A DNA stretch of 64,000 bases. Source: Amphiscolops sp. MND2022. Taxonomy: Eukaryota. Below the pieces are notes generated by a model. It did not search any database. It was given only the letters and a program-made list of their open reading frames with translations, and was not told the origin of the DNA. The position numbers and the translations under genes were made by a program. The DNA is taken from NCBI GenBank assembly GCA_964187785.1, contig OZ076412.1, positions 37,324,001 through 37,388,000 on the forward strand, given 5' to 3'. Numbering within the stretch: position 1 is the stretch's first letter; each line of letters starts with the position of its first letter. This document shows positions 51,965 through 61,391 of the stretch, in pieces.

Positions 51965-52173
51965 ACCCCAGTTGACAGAGAAGACTGCATTAGTCGTAAT
52001 ACCAAAATCAATTAATAAATATAATGGGTATAAAATGGGTATAATGGATAATGGGTAAAACTTATGTAAAGTTTACGTTAAGGTAAAGAAATTTTAAAGG
52101 TTAAATAAGTTTAAGCAAATTATCAAGTTAAAAGAGTTTCAGTTTTGGTTGGAGAGCAGTTTATAGGGGGCTT

Positions 52174-53733
52174 TCAATTATTCCTTCCAGTTGGCACTTG
52201 CTTTGAATTTATGGGCCAGGGTAATCGAGTACATTTATTCTTCCACTCGGGGTCTTTGTCAAAATTGTATGCAATGGGATAGTAGACTGTTGAAAGTCGG
52301 GTTTTGACATTTCCTCGTTTTACGTTAAAAATGGAGTACTTTTCGTATTGTTGCCAATCCCAGTGATCAGCGTGGGTTAGCAGGGCGTGTAAGCATTTTT
52401 CCAGCTTTTCATACTGTTTTGCATCTACTGCTTGGATCAATTGAATAGCCTCGGCTCGTTGAATGTCGATTTCGACTCTCATTGTCTGCAGTTGTTTGAC
52501 CAGCTTGTCAATTTCGGTTTGGTCCTTTAATTTAGTGTCCTTTTTATCAAGAATTTCCTTGAATCGTTTATTTGCCACATCGAAGGCATCAAGTTTCTCC
52601 TTTAGGAGGATGTTTGTCTTGTTTGATTCTAAAAGTTCACTTTGAAGTGACTCCGCTTTGGAGGTCGCTTCTTCAATTTGGCTTTTCAGTTCCTTATTCT
52701 CATCGAAAAGGTCTGATGTTACTCTTTCGGAGATTTCTAACTTGAATTCAGCTCGATTGGCACTCTCTTTAGCCATTGCTCGTGACCGATTGGCAGAGCA
52801 GAGAGCATTCTTCAAATTGGCTAGTTCAATGTTCAGGCTGCGATTTTGTTGTTCAAATTCGGCAATTGCGAATTCGGTTTTCCAAAGAGCAGCGGTAAGA
52901 TTGGTATCAGGTGTATCGATCCACTCTTCATTCCCAGTTTGTGTAGTCGCATTGCCTGTGGATCTAGTATTGGATGGAATATGGGGATTATCGGCGGACA
53001 CTTCCCTGAAGGAGGATGTACTATCTGACGAACTGATTGTACTTGTATTATCGTTGAAAAGAGGGTTTGGATCGTCAGGGAACGCGGTGATAACACCAAA
53101 GGGGGCCTTTATCATGGAGTCAAGTTGATGATTATAAACTACATACTTCCTTTCTTCAGGAAGACGGTCTTTTAACCTCCATTGGTTCATGTCCTTCGGA
53201 AGAGTAACTTTTATGGCTGGGCAATTGTCGGGGGGAATAACAATAGAACAATTCAACTTTTTGTGGACAATTTCAATTCCTGTTTTAGGAGTGGCAAGGA
53301 ACCATTCATTATGGTCCTTCCGTATACCATACTTTAGGAATTTGATGAATTTGGGGTCGTCAGTGTCCACATTATTTTCGCGGGATTTTTGGATTTCAAG
53401 CCTTTCTTTAAGGCTTGGAAACCAATTTTTTTCTTTGGGTAACCCATCGTCGAGTCTCATTGACACGCACGAGGGGCCTTTAATTTTCCCATCACCGAGT
53501 CTCTTTGACAGGCGGTTAGGGTCGAAATTCACATTATTTTCGAATTTAGTAGCTTTTCTTGGCCAATTTGGCTCAGGGTCGGTAGAGGCTAATCGCTTGT
53601 TAGCCTGGTTGTGATGTTTTTGAAAACAGGGTTTAACCCGTTTTGTTTTCCGGGACCTAAAGGTTACATTAGAAGGACGCAGGTCATCAGGGATGAAACC
53701 TTCAGGCTCGAATAGGTCGATAGCATCAGACAT
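52174..53733 (-). CDS. ORF4, 519-aa protein of unknown function with a long coiled coil
   Basis: ATG-initiated and uninterrupted, between env and the 3' LTR; basic N-terminus (RSRKTKRVKP), S/T-rich linker, heptad-like region (~aa 280-445); no signal peptide or TM segment seen. Confidence 0.85.
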   Translation of the reverse strand: MSDAIDLFEPEGFIPDDLRPSNVTFRSRKTKRVKPCFQKHHNQANKRLASTDPEPNWPRKATKFENNVNFDPNRLSKRLGDGKIKGPSCVSMRLDDGLPKEKNWFPSLKERLEIQKSRENNVDTDDPKFIKFLKYGIRKDHNEWFLATPKTGIEIVHKKLNCSIVIPPDNCPAIKVTLPKDMNQWRLKDRLPEERKYVVYNHQLDSMIKAPFGVITAFPDDPNPLFNDNTSTISSSDSTSSFREVSADNPHIPSNTRSTGNATTQTGNEEWIDTPDTNLTAALWKTEFAIAEFEQQNRSLNIELANLKNALCSANRSRAMAKESANRAEFKLEISERVTSDLFDENKELKSQIEEATSKAESLQSELLESNKTNILLKEKLDAFDVANKRFKEILDKKDTKLKDQTEIDKLVKQLQTMRVEIDIQRAEAIQLIQAVDAKQYEKLEKCLHALLTHADHWDWQQYEKYSIFNVKRGNVKTRLSTVYYPIAYNFDKDPEWKNKCTRLPWPINSKQVPTGRNN

Positions 53734-54005
53734 CGTGGGTAGGAGTAATTAAGTGTCGTTAAATTCTAAGCTGATAATTAAAGAACAACAAAGGATAACT
53801 TGGAATAACTGGTAGTTGGTAGTTGGCGACTATACTAAATTTTAGAAAGCGAGTTATATAGGGTTTGTAAGTCAATTTGTGCGTGTGTCATTATGTTTGT
53901 GACCAGAAGAAAAACATCAATAATCACAGTGGTATCTATTCCAGGAAGCCTTATCACTTTTAAGTAAGAGAAATTTCACTAAAGAGTAAACGTTTTTTGT
54001 AAACT

Positions 54006-56357
54006 TTATGGTGGGGGTAATGGAGCATTTCCATTACTGTTGTTATTTGAGGTACTAGGAGCGTTTTCATTGACAGTAGTCGGAGCATTTCCAGAACTGT
54101 TATTGCCATTGTTTTGTAAAAAGGTATTTAATGTACTAGGAGCATTTCCTGTTTGATTTAATACATTTGAGTCAGCTCTTTGTCTTTCATTAAGAGTAGA
54201 ACCAATCGCAATCGGATTGTTCAAGAGATGTACTTGAGGATACAAAAGAGTCGGATTTTCTTCGTACATTGGTGCAGCTATAGGTCTATTGCCTGCAGGG
54301 TTCTGCGAGAAACCATTTGAAATCCTTTTATTTTCCTCATTTTCGTACATTGGAGTCTGAAGTGAGAGAACAAATAAATTAAAAGTTGCGCCTAACATAG
54401 TTCTGACAAAACCAAAAGTGGCACCAGAAACTTTTCGAATTTCAAGTCCTCGGAGGACAATGACAACAACATCAATAACGAACTTTACCAAAAGGAAACA
54501 AGCAAAAAAGTTTCCTAAACACTGGATAATATATCCCAATTCGCCAAAAGTTTCCTTGAATTTATCGACGAAAAAAGAAGGCGTCAACAAGTGATCCAAC
54601 AGAAGTCTATCATTTAGACTCAAAAGACGTTCCAAGTTTCCCGGTTCGGAAATTCGAACTGAGTTACCTCGAGTCAAAATAGTCCGAGTAAGCTTCTTCA
54701 ATAATGTATCAGAAGCAGAGTTGTGGATTACATTATCCCAAAAATTTTTCATTTGATTTGGGGTGTACATTCCAGCACCCCTGGTGTCGAAAGTTGGAAA
54801 CTGAGTAATATGTCCAAGTTCAGTTGGCTTGAACAACAAAGGTTTATTGAAAGGCATGGGCTCAGGTAAAAGTTGGTACCAGGAATTGTCATTTTCGAGA
54901 TCAAGTTGAAACACATTTGTGTAATCTCCCAAACAGGGTATCTCGGATGCAAAATCATAAGTCTGACGGGTGATAGGATCTACAAATTTCGTAGACCGTT
55001 CAAACATGATCGGGATTCGATCATAACATTTATCAAGCACTTTCAAGGGCGACAAAAACTTCGGACAATGGTATAACCATGCGACACTTCCATCGGTGTC
55101 AAGGAACATAGACCTGTTTCCAGTTAACATGTAACCGGCAAGTCTTGTGTTTTGCATTGCTAACATTAAAATAGTTAACATTTGAGTTCGTTCGAGTTCG
55201 CATTGGCTCTGCAGAAGTGTCATTTCAGAATGCCTCAATTGCTTCGCATTGAAGTACATTATATAGTCTAACTTTGTTCCCAAGTGCAATTCATAATCAA
55301 TTTCATCCGCGCCGACGGTATGCCAAGGCTGTGCACCAATCCATTGGCCATTTGATTTGCTGAAAGATAATGACGAATAAGAGACCTGGCTAGAGTTGTC
55401 AATAGAAAATTGGTAGGCGTTAAAAGCATGTTCTTTAGTTCGTAGTTCTCCACCTGGCATTGCGAAACCTCCTTGGTAAGTCACAAATAGACTCTCAAAA
55501 TTTGTTTTGAACAATCGTTCAGGTTTCCCACATAGCTCATAGCTTTCAGGGAAGACTTTTATTTTGAGGTTCATTCCTTTGCCAGTCTCATTATGTTCGC
55601 TGATTAGGAAAAATTGGTTTTCGTTTCTGTTCGTTGACAATGGATACTTAAGCATTTTTGCTTCCTGAGTGAGGATTTTTGTCATCACGCAGTTTTCGGG
55701 AGTATCCCACGTGTAAGCGAATGGGTCTAAAGTAGTGGTCTCGCAACCACCCTCCATTAAAAGACATGGCAATTTTTGTTTATTTGGATTGGAAACCTCT
55801 TTGGTTCCGTAATCGAATGTCAAATTCACACGTTGCATGAACGTCTCGAAGGTATAGTGCTGTACTTGACCACTTGAGCAATGAATGGTTGTGCGGACTG
55901 ATTGTCCATCATTGAAATTCGATTGTTTCTTTGTATCGAATTCAATTGGGGCATCGAAGTTTTCGCTAAAAGACGAAATTTTAATTTTGTTCGTCTTTGA
56001 TGCCTGTCGGCACATTTCAGGAGTAACGATAAGGTCATACGTTATACTATTTTGAGTATGAACGTAGGACGAATGCGAAAACATTCCACAATTGTAGCGG
56101 AAGACATGGGCCTTGACAGAACACATTGTTGCTGCCAGATCAGTCCGATAGTTCTTCTGATAAAGTGTGATAGTAGCCGGGGTGACATACAAGTTTTCTG
56201 GTGTGATCTTGCAGTCTGCTACCTTGTTCAGGGAGTACATTCGATTGTCTTGCATTTTTGTGCAATCATAATGAGATACAAACAAGTTCTTTGACACATT
56301 GTCAAAGTCATCACTTGCACAAGAAAAAGGAAAAAGGAAAAGAATAAAGTAAAACAT
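54006..56357 (-). CDS. env: Envelope-like glycoprotein, 783 aa, chuvirus-glycoprotein-like pattern
   Basis: N-terminal signal peptide, Cys-rich ectodomain with N-glycosylation sequons, two hydrophobic segments near the C-terminus, long Asn/Pro-rich tail. Confidence 0.85.
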   Translation of the reverse strand: MFYFILFLFPFSCASDDFDNVSKNLFVSHYDCTKMQDNRMYSLNKVADCKITPENLYVTPATITLYQKNYRTDLAATMCSVKAHVFRYNCGMFSHSSYVHTQNSITYDLIVTPEMCRQASKTNKIKISSFSENFDAPIEFDTKKQSNFNDGQSVRTTIHCSSGQVQHYTFETFMQRVNLTFDYGTKEVSNPNKQKLPCLLMEGGCETTTLDPFAYTWDTPENCVMTKILTQEAKMLKYPLSTNRNENQFFLISEHNETGKGMNLKIKVFPESYELCGKPERLFKTNFESLFVTYQGGFAMPGGELRTKEHAFNAYQFSIDNSSQVSYSSLSFSKSNGQWIGAQPWHTVGADEIDYELHLGTKLDYIMYFNAKQLRHSEMTLLQSQCELERTQMLTILMLAMQNTRLAGYMLTGNRSMFLDTDGSVAWLYHCPKFLSPLKVLDKCYDRIPIMFERSTKFVDPITRQTYDFASEIPCLGDYTNVFQLDLENDNSWYQLLPEPMPFNKPLLFKPTELGHITQFPTFDTRGAGMYTPNQMKNFWDNVIHNSASDTLLKKLTRTILTRGNSVRISEPGNLERLLSLNDRLLLDHLLTPSFFVDKFKETFGELGYIIQCLGNFFACFLLVKFVIDVVVIVLRGLEIRKVSGATFGFVRTMLGATFNLFVLSLQTPMYENEENKRISNGFSQNPAGNRPIAAPMYEENPTLLYPQVHLLNNPIAIGSTLNERQRADSNVLNQTGNAPSTLNTFLQNNGNNSSGNAPTTVNENAPSTSNNNSNGNAPLPPP

Positions 56358-56468
56358 CTTGTATAAATAGAGATAGAAACAGTAGAAAGATATACAAATG
56401 CGCTTTGCATAGGATTTGTTTGGAATGACTTGGCGAGAGAGAGTAGAAAAAGAGAAATGATAATAATA

Positions 56469-59400
56469 TTAGAAATAAGGCTTTCCGTACCACTCTCTAG
56501 GAATGTTTCGTAACGTTCCTGTATTTCGTGAGCGTGGAGCAGCGGTAGTACTAGTTGAAGGAATATTGCGGGGTAAAGGACTAGGTGTGGTTGGCTGACT
56601 AGTTATTGCTGGCGATTCTCCTTGAAATGAAATAGGAGTCTGAGGAGATGACTGAGGGATGCCAGAGTCGGGTGAGCTCGCTAAGAAAGTCGGTGTCGAA
56701 TGAGCGGAGCCGCATTTAGCAGGCGAACTATAAGTCGTGTTCATCCTGGATGGACCAGGTGTGTCGGGAAATATAGGTAAGTATTCTTGTACGTGCTGTC
56801 GTTCAGCAAGCGTTTCAATTGGTTTGTTCAATTCGGAGAGTCGATTCTTTGCATACTCGTTGTAAAAATGTTCGGTTCTGTCGTCGTTGACAGGCTTTTC
56901 GTAATTGGACAACAATGTCGGTAAGTCATTATTACGAGGGAAAAATTCAACGAGATGATTACGATGAACGACATGAATCCTCGTTGGATCCGAATCGAGC
57001 GCGACTTCATAGTTCACTTTCGTGATCACTTTAGTCACAGTGTACGGTCCACTTCGGAGCTCGCACAGTTTTTGTGATTTCCCGAATGGGACTTGATGAT
57101 TTTCGAGTAGTACTTTTTGTCCAACACGTAATGGTTTAGCAAGTTTGTACTTGTTTCGGTACGGCAGAGATCGATGATTCGCTTTACGAACCTTTGTATA
57201 TACTTTTCTGTATATGTTTTTGAATTGTGTTTCTCTGTGTAACAAATCCAATGAACACTTTGACGTCAGTAAGGAGTCGATGCAAGAATGTTTCGTGTCT
57301 TTATTCAGGTGTGAATGGTCAGGTAAAGACTGACAGAATTCGGATTGACACAAATCATTGTCGTCTCTCACTAGACCTAATTTCAACGAAATTGGAATTT
57401 GTGGTTTAAATCCGAAAACAACTTCGTAGGGGGTTGTTCCTGTACTGGCGTTCACTGAAGTGTTATGAGCGAAGGCGAATTGAGGAGCCAGCTTGGCCCA
57501 ATTATTTCCTGCTTCGGAAAGATAGCATCGAAAATATCGACTGAGGTGTTTGTTTTGAATTTCAACCTTGCCGTTAGTCCAAGGAGACCATTTAGTTCTT
57601 GGGGCATGCGTTATGCCTAAATCCAAGAGAAAGGTTGAGAAATCGGTGCTCATGAACGATGTTCCTCTATCATATACAAGTTTTTGAGGAATACCAAACG
57701 AAGTAATGAAAGAAGTCATGGCTTCAATGGTATTACTTGCATCAGTCGACTTGACTGGGTAAACTTGTATAAATCGTGAGAATGCGTCAATCACAACCAA
57801 ACAGTGATGTTTCCCGTCGCTCATCGGATTCAGAGGTCCTTTGTGGTCAATGTGAACAGTGTGAAAGGGATAAGGAATTTCTTCTCCCCATTTTTCATTT
57901 GGAGCGGTGTTTTGATCCTTTCTGACTTGTTTATTTTTTCGGCATATCAGGCAGCTCTTCGTTAGAGTCCGCACCCATTTATACATACCAGGCCAATAGA
58001 AAAATCTTTTCAGAGACAAAAGTGTCTTTTCACATCCGGGATGTCCTGAAAGTCGATGGTCGTGTGCAACATTGAAAGCTTCAATGAAACAGTTGCGAGG
58101 CAAACATATTTGTCGTGATGAATGCTTGCTAGTTTTACAAACAAGATGGGTTTCTTCATCGATGAACAATTTTTCAAATTGATTTGAGTAGCCAAGTAAT
58201 CCCTTGCATTGTCTTGACTCGACATCTTTTGACGGCACTTTGCCTTTAATTATCCATGATTTAACAGTGCTCAGGACTGGGTCATCCTGTTGGTTTGCCA
58301 AAATATTGTTTAAATCAAGGTTATCGGTAACAAGTTTCAATGGTTGTTGTGAGTCTTGAATGGTAAAAATGGAGAGGATGAAAGGAACATCTTCTTTAGA
58401 TGCATTTACAACCTCTGTGTTCAATAGAGGATCTTCGTCAGAAGCTTCATTGTCACTATTGTCGGTTTCAGAGTCAATCTCTGAATAATGATTTTCATGG
58501 ACGTCGGCTTCCACAACTATTGGTGGGGTTTGCCATTTACGTCGGATGTTGATGTCCTTACCTTCACGGAAGGAGTCAGAAACATCAAAGAGCGCTTTCG
58601 GAGAGTTTGGATCGTATACCGTACAGATAAGATCTGTACCATCATTTTTCAGGTGAAGTTTCTTTGTTTCACCCAAGTGAGTGCAAACAATTGGGTAGAA
58701 ATCATCGTTGGCGCTTTCAGCAGGGCTGTTGTGGTCTATCAGATACTGAACTTCGTGTCCACTTTGGCTGAAGAACTTTATATCTTTTGGAATTTCTTTG
58801 TGAAGCAATTGGTGCCCATTGAGATCTTTCAACGACACATTTCTGCTTAGCAAATCTGGAAACGCTAAATTCTTTCCAGGGGTCCAAATGATTTGCAAAT
58901 TAGTGAACTGAGTGATAATCACTTGGTAGCGGAAGAATCTATGAGATAATCTTCCTTTGCGTGCCCATAGATACAGGAGGGGCTTGTGATCACAGAATAC
59001 CTTGATGGGATGCCGAGATCCAATTATGAAATGCTCATACGTTTGTAGAGCAGAAATGATTCCGCATAGTTCTCGATGTAGCGTTGACATCTTTTGTTCA
59101 TCCTTTGTAAAGACTCGCGAATTGAAGGAAACTATACGTTTCCCGGAAGGAAAATCTTGAATTAAGATTGATCCCGTACCAATACTGGAGGAGTCGACAG
59201 GGATGTGGAACGGATACTTTGGGTTTGGTACAGCTAAGATGGTTTCTTCGCTGATTCTATTTTTTATGTCTTGGAACAAGTTCTCATGCTCTTTTGTCCA
59301 TTTGAATGGAGTGTCATCTCTCAGAAGTTCGTAGAAAGGTTTCGAATCTACATGTAGATTTTTGATGAAGGTGCTATAGAAACCTAAACTTCCTAAGATG

Positions 59401-61391
59401 CGCATTACATCTCTTTTGTTCTCAGGGCTTTTCAGGTTTTTCAAATCTTGTACCTTTTTGGCTACTGGCTGGATTCCTTTGTCGGAAACAATGTGTCCAA
59501 GAAACTGAACTTTCCTCAAGAACAGTTTTGTTTTGTTCGGTGCAGCTTTCAGACCTGATGATCTCAAGCACTTGAAGTATGAATCCAAATTATTCCACAT
59601 TTCTTGTTTGGTTTTTGCCTGTAGGATAACATCATCAATGTATGTTATCACTTGCTTCTTGGCTATCATTTCAGCGAAATGAATAGTCATTATCCGACTG
59701 AAGAAGTTTGGTAGTCCGCAAAGACCATAGAATCCTCGTTCGAACATGTACTGTTTTCCACCAACAATAAAGCTTGTCAACTTCTTCGTATCTTCGGTGA
59801 GGGGTACTTGGTTATAGGCGGAAGCTAAATCACTCGTTGTGTAATAAACTCCATCAAGTCGTGTCAGTAACATTTGTACTGGTTCAAGGGGCCATGAGTA
59901 GTTAGTCAAGTCAGTGATTGAGTTAAGATAACGTGCGTCAATCACAAGCTTCACGGTATCTCCTTTTGGTAAAATGATGATAGGGTTTGTGAATAGGGAA
60001 CCCATTTCCACATCATTTCCCATTTCTCGAATGATTCCAGCTCGTTGCAGTTCATTCAGAAGAATTTCAAGTCGGTCTCTGTAGTGCAGAGGGACTTTTG
60101 AGGGCCTTTGTTTTCGCAATTCGGCGTTTTTCTTCAATTGTACATGAAATGCTTGTGTGATTTTTCCAACATCATAAGTAAATTTTGAAAACACGTCATT
60201 GTTTTCAACTAAAACTCGGAGAAGATGTTGTAATTCACGGTCATTTATATCGGATTCAGAAAAGTCAAACTTTTCTAAAAAGTTGCGTTCGGCGGGACTA
60301 AACTCGGCGTAAAATTCATCGTCGAGTTGTTTCCTTTTAATATCGGAAGCAGTTTTGGGCATTTTCGGTTGTAATGATTTCACCTCATTGGAGAAATCAG
60401 TAGCCAGTTCATTTTGCGAAATAGCGCTTTCGGCCATTTGTTTCCGTGAATCAATTTCCGTTAAGGAATAAATATACGGTTCGGTCGAACAAACGTGTAA
60501 ATCCTTGTTCCATTGAGACTCAGAAGTTTTGAGATACTCAATGAAAGCGACATTGTCAACGACACTCATCAATTGCGAGGTCTCTTGGACGCTGTCGAGC
60601 AATGTGTATCCAAGAATTCCTTTACGAATAGTAATACTATTCGGGTTCGGATTGTTCAGCATTAAAGGATATTTCGACTCGTCTTGTGAGCAATACACGT
60701 GATACGTGTAAATGCCAGTATCTAAAATGTCTTGGTGTAAACGGAAACTTGTTCCCTGTTTGAACAAATGTTTATCTTCATCTCTAGCAATTAAACTCAA
60801 AACTCGGATCGAATACGGTGCAATTGTGATGTCTTGAGTCAATTCTACTGAATTAACCTGGGAGAAGTAGGGAAAAGGCTTGTCTAAATAAGGTGACAGT
60901 TTAACACATTTGCCGGGGAAGACCGTTAAAATTAGCATTGGATTTCTCAAGTTAATGAATTCACCAAAATTTGCCAAAAAATCCATTCCAAGAATGTTCA
61001 TTCTCGCCTCGGGGGAATCAGACACATAAACAGTGTGTTCGATCACACAAGAATATTCTACGTCAAACGCAGACTGAATAATAGTTTTCCCTTTCATGGG
61101 CATTGCGTGTCCATTAGCAGCTAAAGGCGATTTCTCGAGAGGCGTTACAACTAAAGGCTGAATTTTGTTAATTTCAGTGAATGTCTCACGGTTGATAATG
61201 GAGCACGTTGCGCCAGTATCTATGAGAAATTGAGTGCTAAGGCCATTATTTTTATTTTTGTCTCCGACGGCGTATTGAAATAATTCTATATAAAAATGTT
61301 GGCCGGACGTTCCAGCAGTTGGAATGTGAGGGGTTTCATTTGATTCCTCACTTTGTTGGTTCGGAGACTTGATTATTTTAAAGGATTGCAT
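56469..61391 (-). CDS. pol: Pol polyprotein (PR-RT-RNase H-IN), 1640 aa
   Basis: FLIDTGA; YIDD; RNase H D/E/D/D in VDSS, RELC, CDHK, PDLL; HHCC; HIDH..YDRG-35 aa-E; GPY/F-type module SGPYTV. Confidence 0.97.
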   Translation of the reverse strand: MQSFKIIKSPNQQSEESNETPHIPTAGTSGQHFYIELFQYAVGDKNKNNGLSTQFLIDTGATCSIINRETFTEINKIQPLVVTPLEKSPLAANGHAMPMKGKTIIQSAFDVEYSCVIEHTVYVSDSPEARMNILGMDFLANFGEFINLRNPMLILTVFPGKCVKLSPYLDKPFPYFSQVNSVELTQDITIAPYSIRVLSLIARDEDKHLFKQGTSFRLHQDILDTGIYTYHVYCSQDESKYPLMLNNPNPNSITIRKGILGYTLLDSVQETSQLMSVVDNVAFIEYLKTSESQWNKDLHVCSTEPYIYSLTEIDSRKQMAESAISQNELATDFSNEVKSLQPKMPKTASDIKRKQLDDEFYAEFSPAERNFLEKFDFSESDINDRELQHLLRVLVENNDVFSKFTYDVGKITQAFHVQLKKNAELRKQRPSKVPLHYRDRLEILLNELQRAGIIREMGNDVEMGSLFTNPIIILPKGDTVKLVIDARYLNSITDLTNYSWPLEPVQMLLTRLDGVYYTTSDLASAYNQVPLTEDTKKLTSFIVGGKQYMFERGFYGLCGLPNFFSRIMTIHFAEMIAKKQVITYIDDVILQAKTKQEMWNNLDSYFKCLRSSGLKAAPNKTKLFLRKVQFLGHIVSDKGIQPVAKKVQDLKNLKSPENKRDVMRILGSLGFYSTFIKNLHVDSKPFYELLRDDTPFKWTKEHENLFQDIKNRISEETILAVPNPKYPFHIPVDSSSIGTGSILIQDFPSGKRIVSFNSRVFTKDEQKMSTLHRELCGIISALQTYEHFIIGSRHPIKVFCDHKPLLYLWARKGRLSHRFFRYQVIITQFTNLQIIWTPGKNLAFPDLLSRNVSLKDLNGHQLLHKEIPKDIKFFSQSGHEVQYLIDHNSPAESANDDFYPIVCTHLGETKKLHLKNDGTDLICTVYDPNSPKALFDVSDSFREGKDINIRRKWQTPPIVVEADVHENHYSEIDSETDNSDNEASDEDPLLNTEVVNASKEDVPFILSIFTIQDSQQPLKLVTDNLDLNNILANQQDDPVLSTVKSWIIKGKVPSKDVESRQCKGLLGYSNQFEKLFIDEETHLVCKTSKHSSRQICLPRNCFIEAFNVAHDHRLSGHPGCEKTLLSLKRFFYWPGMYKWVRTLTKSCLICRKNKQVRKDQNTAPNEKWGEEIPYPFHTVHIDHKGPLNPMSDGKHHCLVVIDAFSRFIQVYPVKSTDASNTIEAMTSFITSFGIPQKLVYDRGTSFMSTDFSTFLLDLGITHAPRTKWSPWTNGKVEIQNKHLSRYFRCYLSEAGNNWAKLAPQFAFAHNTSVNASTGTTPYEVVFGFKPQIPISLKLGLVRDDNDLCQSEFCQSLPDHSHLNKDTKHSCIDSLLTSKCSLDLLHRETQFKNIYRKVYTKVRKANHRSLPYRNKYKLAKPLRVGQKVLLENHQVPFGKSQKLCELRSGPYTVTKVITKVNYEVALDSDPTRIHVVHRNHLVEFFPRNNDLPTLLSNYEKPVNDDRTEHFYNEYAKNRLSELNKPIETLAERQHVQEYLPIFPDTPGPSRMNTTYSSPAKCGSAHSTPTFLASSPDSGIPQSSPQTPISFQGESPAITSQPTTPSPLPRNIPSTSTTAAPRSRNTGTLRNIPREWYGKPYF

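Noticed and set aside
52658-53614. + strand ORFs of 156 and 141 aa opposite ORF4
   Set aside because: Most likely antisense shadows of a coding frame; the same applies to + ORFs opposite pol, gag and the 809-aa ORF
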